64,000 nucleotides of DNA, taken from assembly GCF_001194135.2 (NCBI RefSeq), contig NC_068987.1, forward strand, positions 76,095,094 through 76,159,093, given 5' to 3'. The position numbers were made by a program, and so were the translations under genes. Position 1 is the stretch's first letter; every line of letters begins with the position of its first letter. The DNA is from Octopus bimaculoides (taxonomy: Eukaryota). The notes beneath the pieces are model-generated. The model made no database searches, was not told the DNA's origin, and worked only from the letters and a program-made list of their open reading frames with translations. Below, in pieces: positions 63,675 through 64,000 of the stretch.

Positions 63675-64000
63675 GGATCTATTTTAAAACGGGGGCGCCA
63701 GTTTTCATTTATGTTTTATGTAGTGTTTTTGGTACCGAAAGACTTTCAAACTTCGTATACTTATCTATTTTGTGTTATAGAACAGAAAAATATTTTTGTA
63801 TTCGAATTTATTTCATGTAAAAGATAGTCTTATTTCGATAATTTCTACTAATCACTGATGTCTATTCAGTTGAAAACAGTTAGCGCTGTAACGGTGTATA
63901 TCGTATTAATCCCCTAACCCTAACCCTAACTAGACTGTTAACCGTAACCCTAACCTTAAAACTAACCCTAACTCGAGAATCCGAACTCTAAAATTGTTAC
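63675..64000 (-). mobile_element. Second copy of the telomeric-repeat MITE, cut by the window end
   Basis: TIR ggatctattttaaaacgggggcgccagt, near-identical to the reverse complement of 11634-11956; (CCCTAA)n at 63912-63971. Confidence 0.9.

Noticed and set aside
63912-63971. True telomere or chromosome end
   Set aside because: The repeats are short, interrupted and internal to a MITE that also occurs at 11302-11956.

Overview
Eukaryotic, AT-rich, repeat-saturated draft-assembly window with 19 N-gaps, most of them abutting (TA)n or (CA)n. The SINE set and microsatellite load suggest an octopus (coleoid cephalopod) genome; this is inferred from repeat appearance, not from a search. I can support no intact host protein-coding gene, rRNA, tRNA gene or CRISPR array, and almost all listed ORFs are microsatellite or gap artefacts. 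The window contains (1) many tRNA-headed SINEs: family D, dimeric; family B, with an internal microsatellite; family C, modular; (2) decayed Penelope-like elements (PLE: RT plus GIY-YIG); (3) R4/Dong and CR1/L2-group LINE remnants; (4) mariner, Tc1 and hAT transposase fossils; (5) two copies of a 655-bp TIR element with 8-bp TSD that carries TTAGGG repeats. The most interesting signals are several hammerhead-ribozyme-like motifs with non-canonical cores, including a U3-A8 core found twice at the 3' end of related PLEs with covarying stems, and a PLE with an apparent twin-priming 5' inversion. Family labels B, C, D, F, H1 and H2 are my own.
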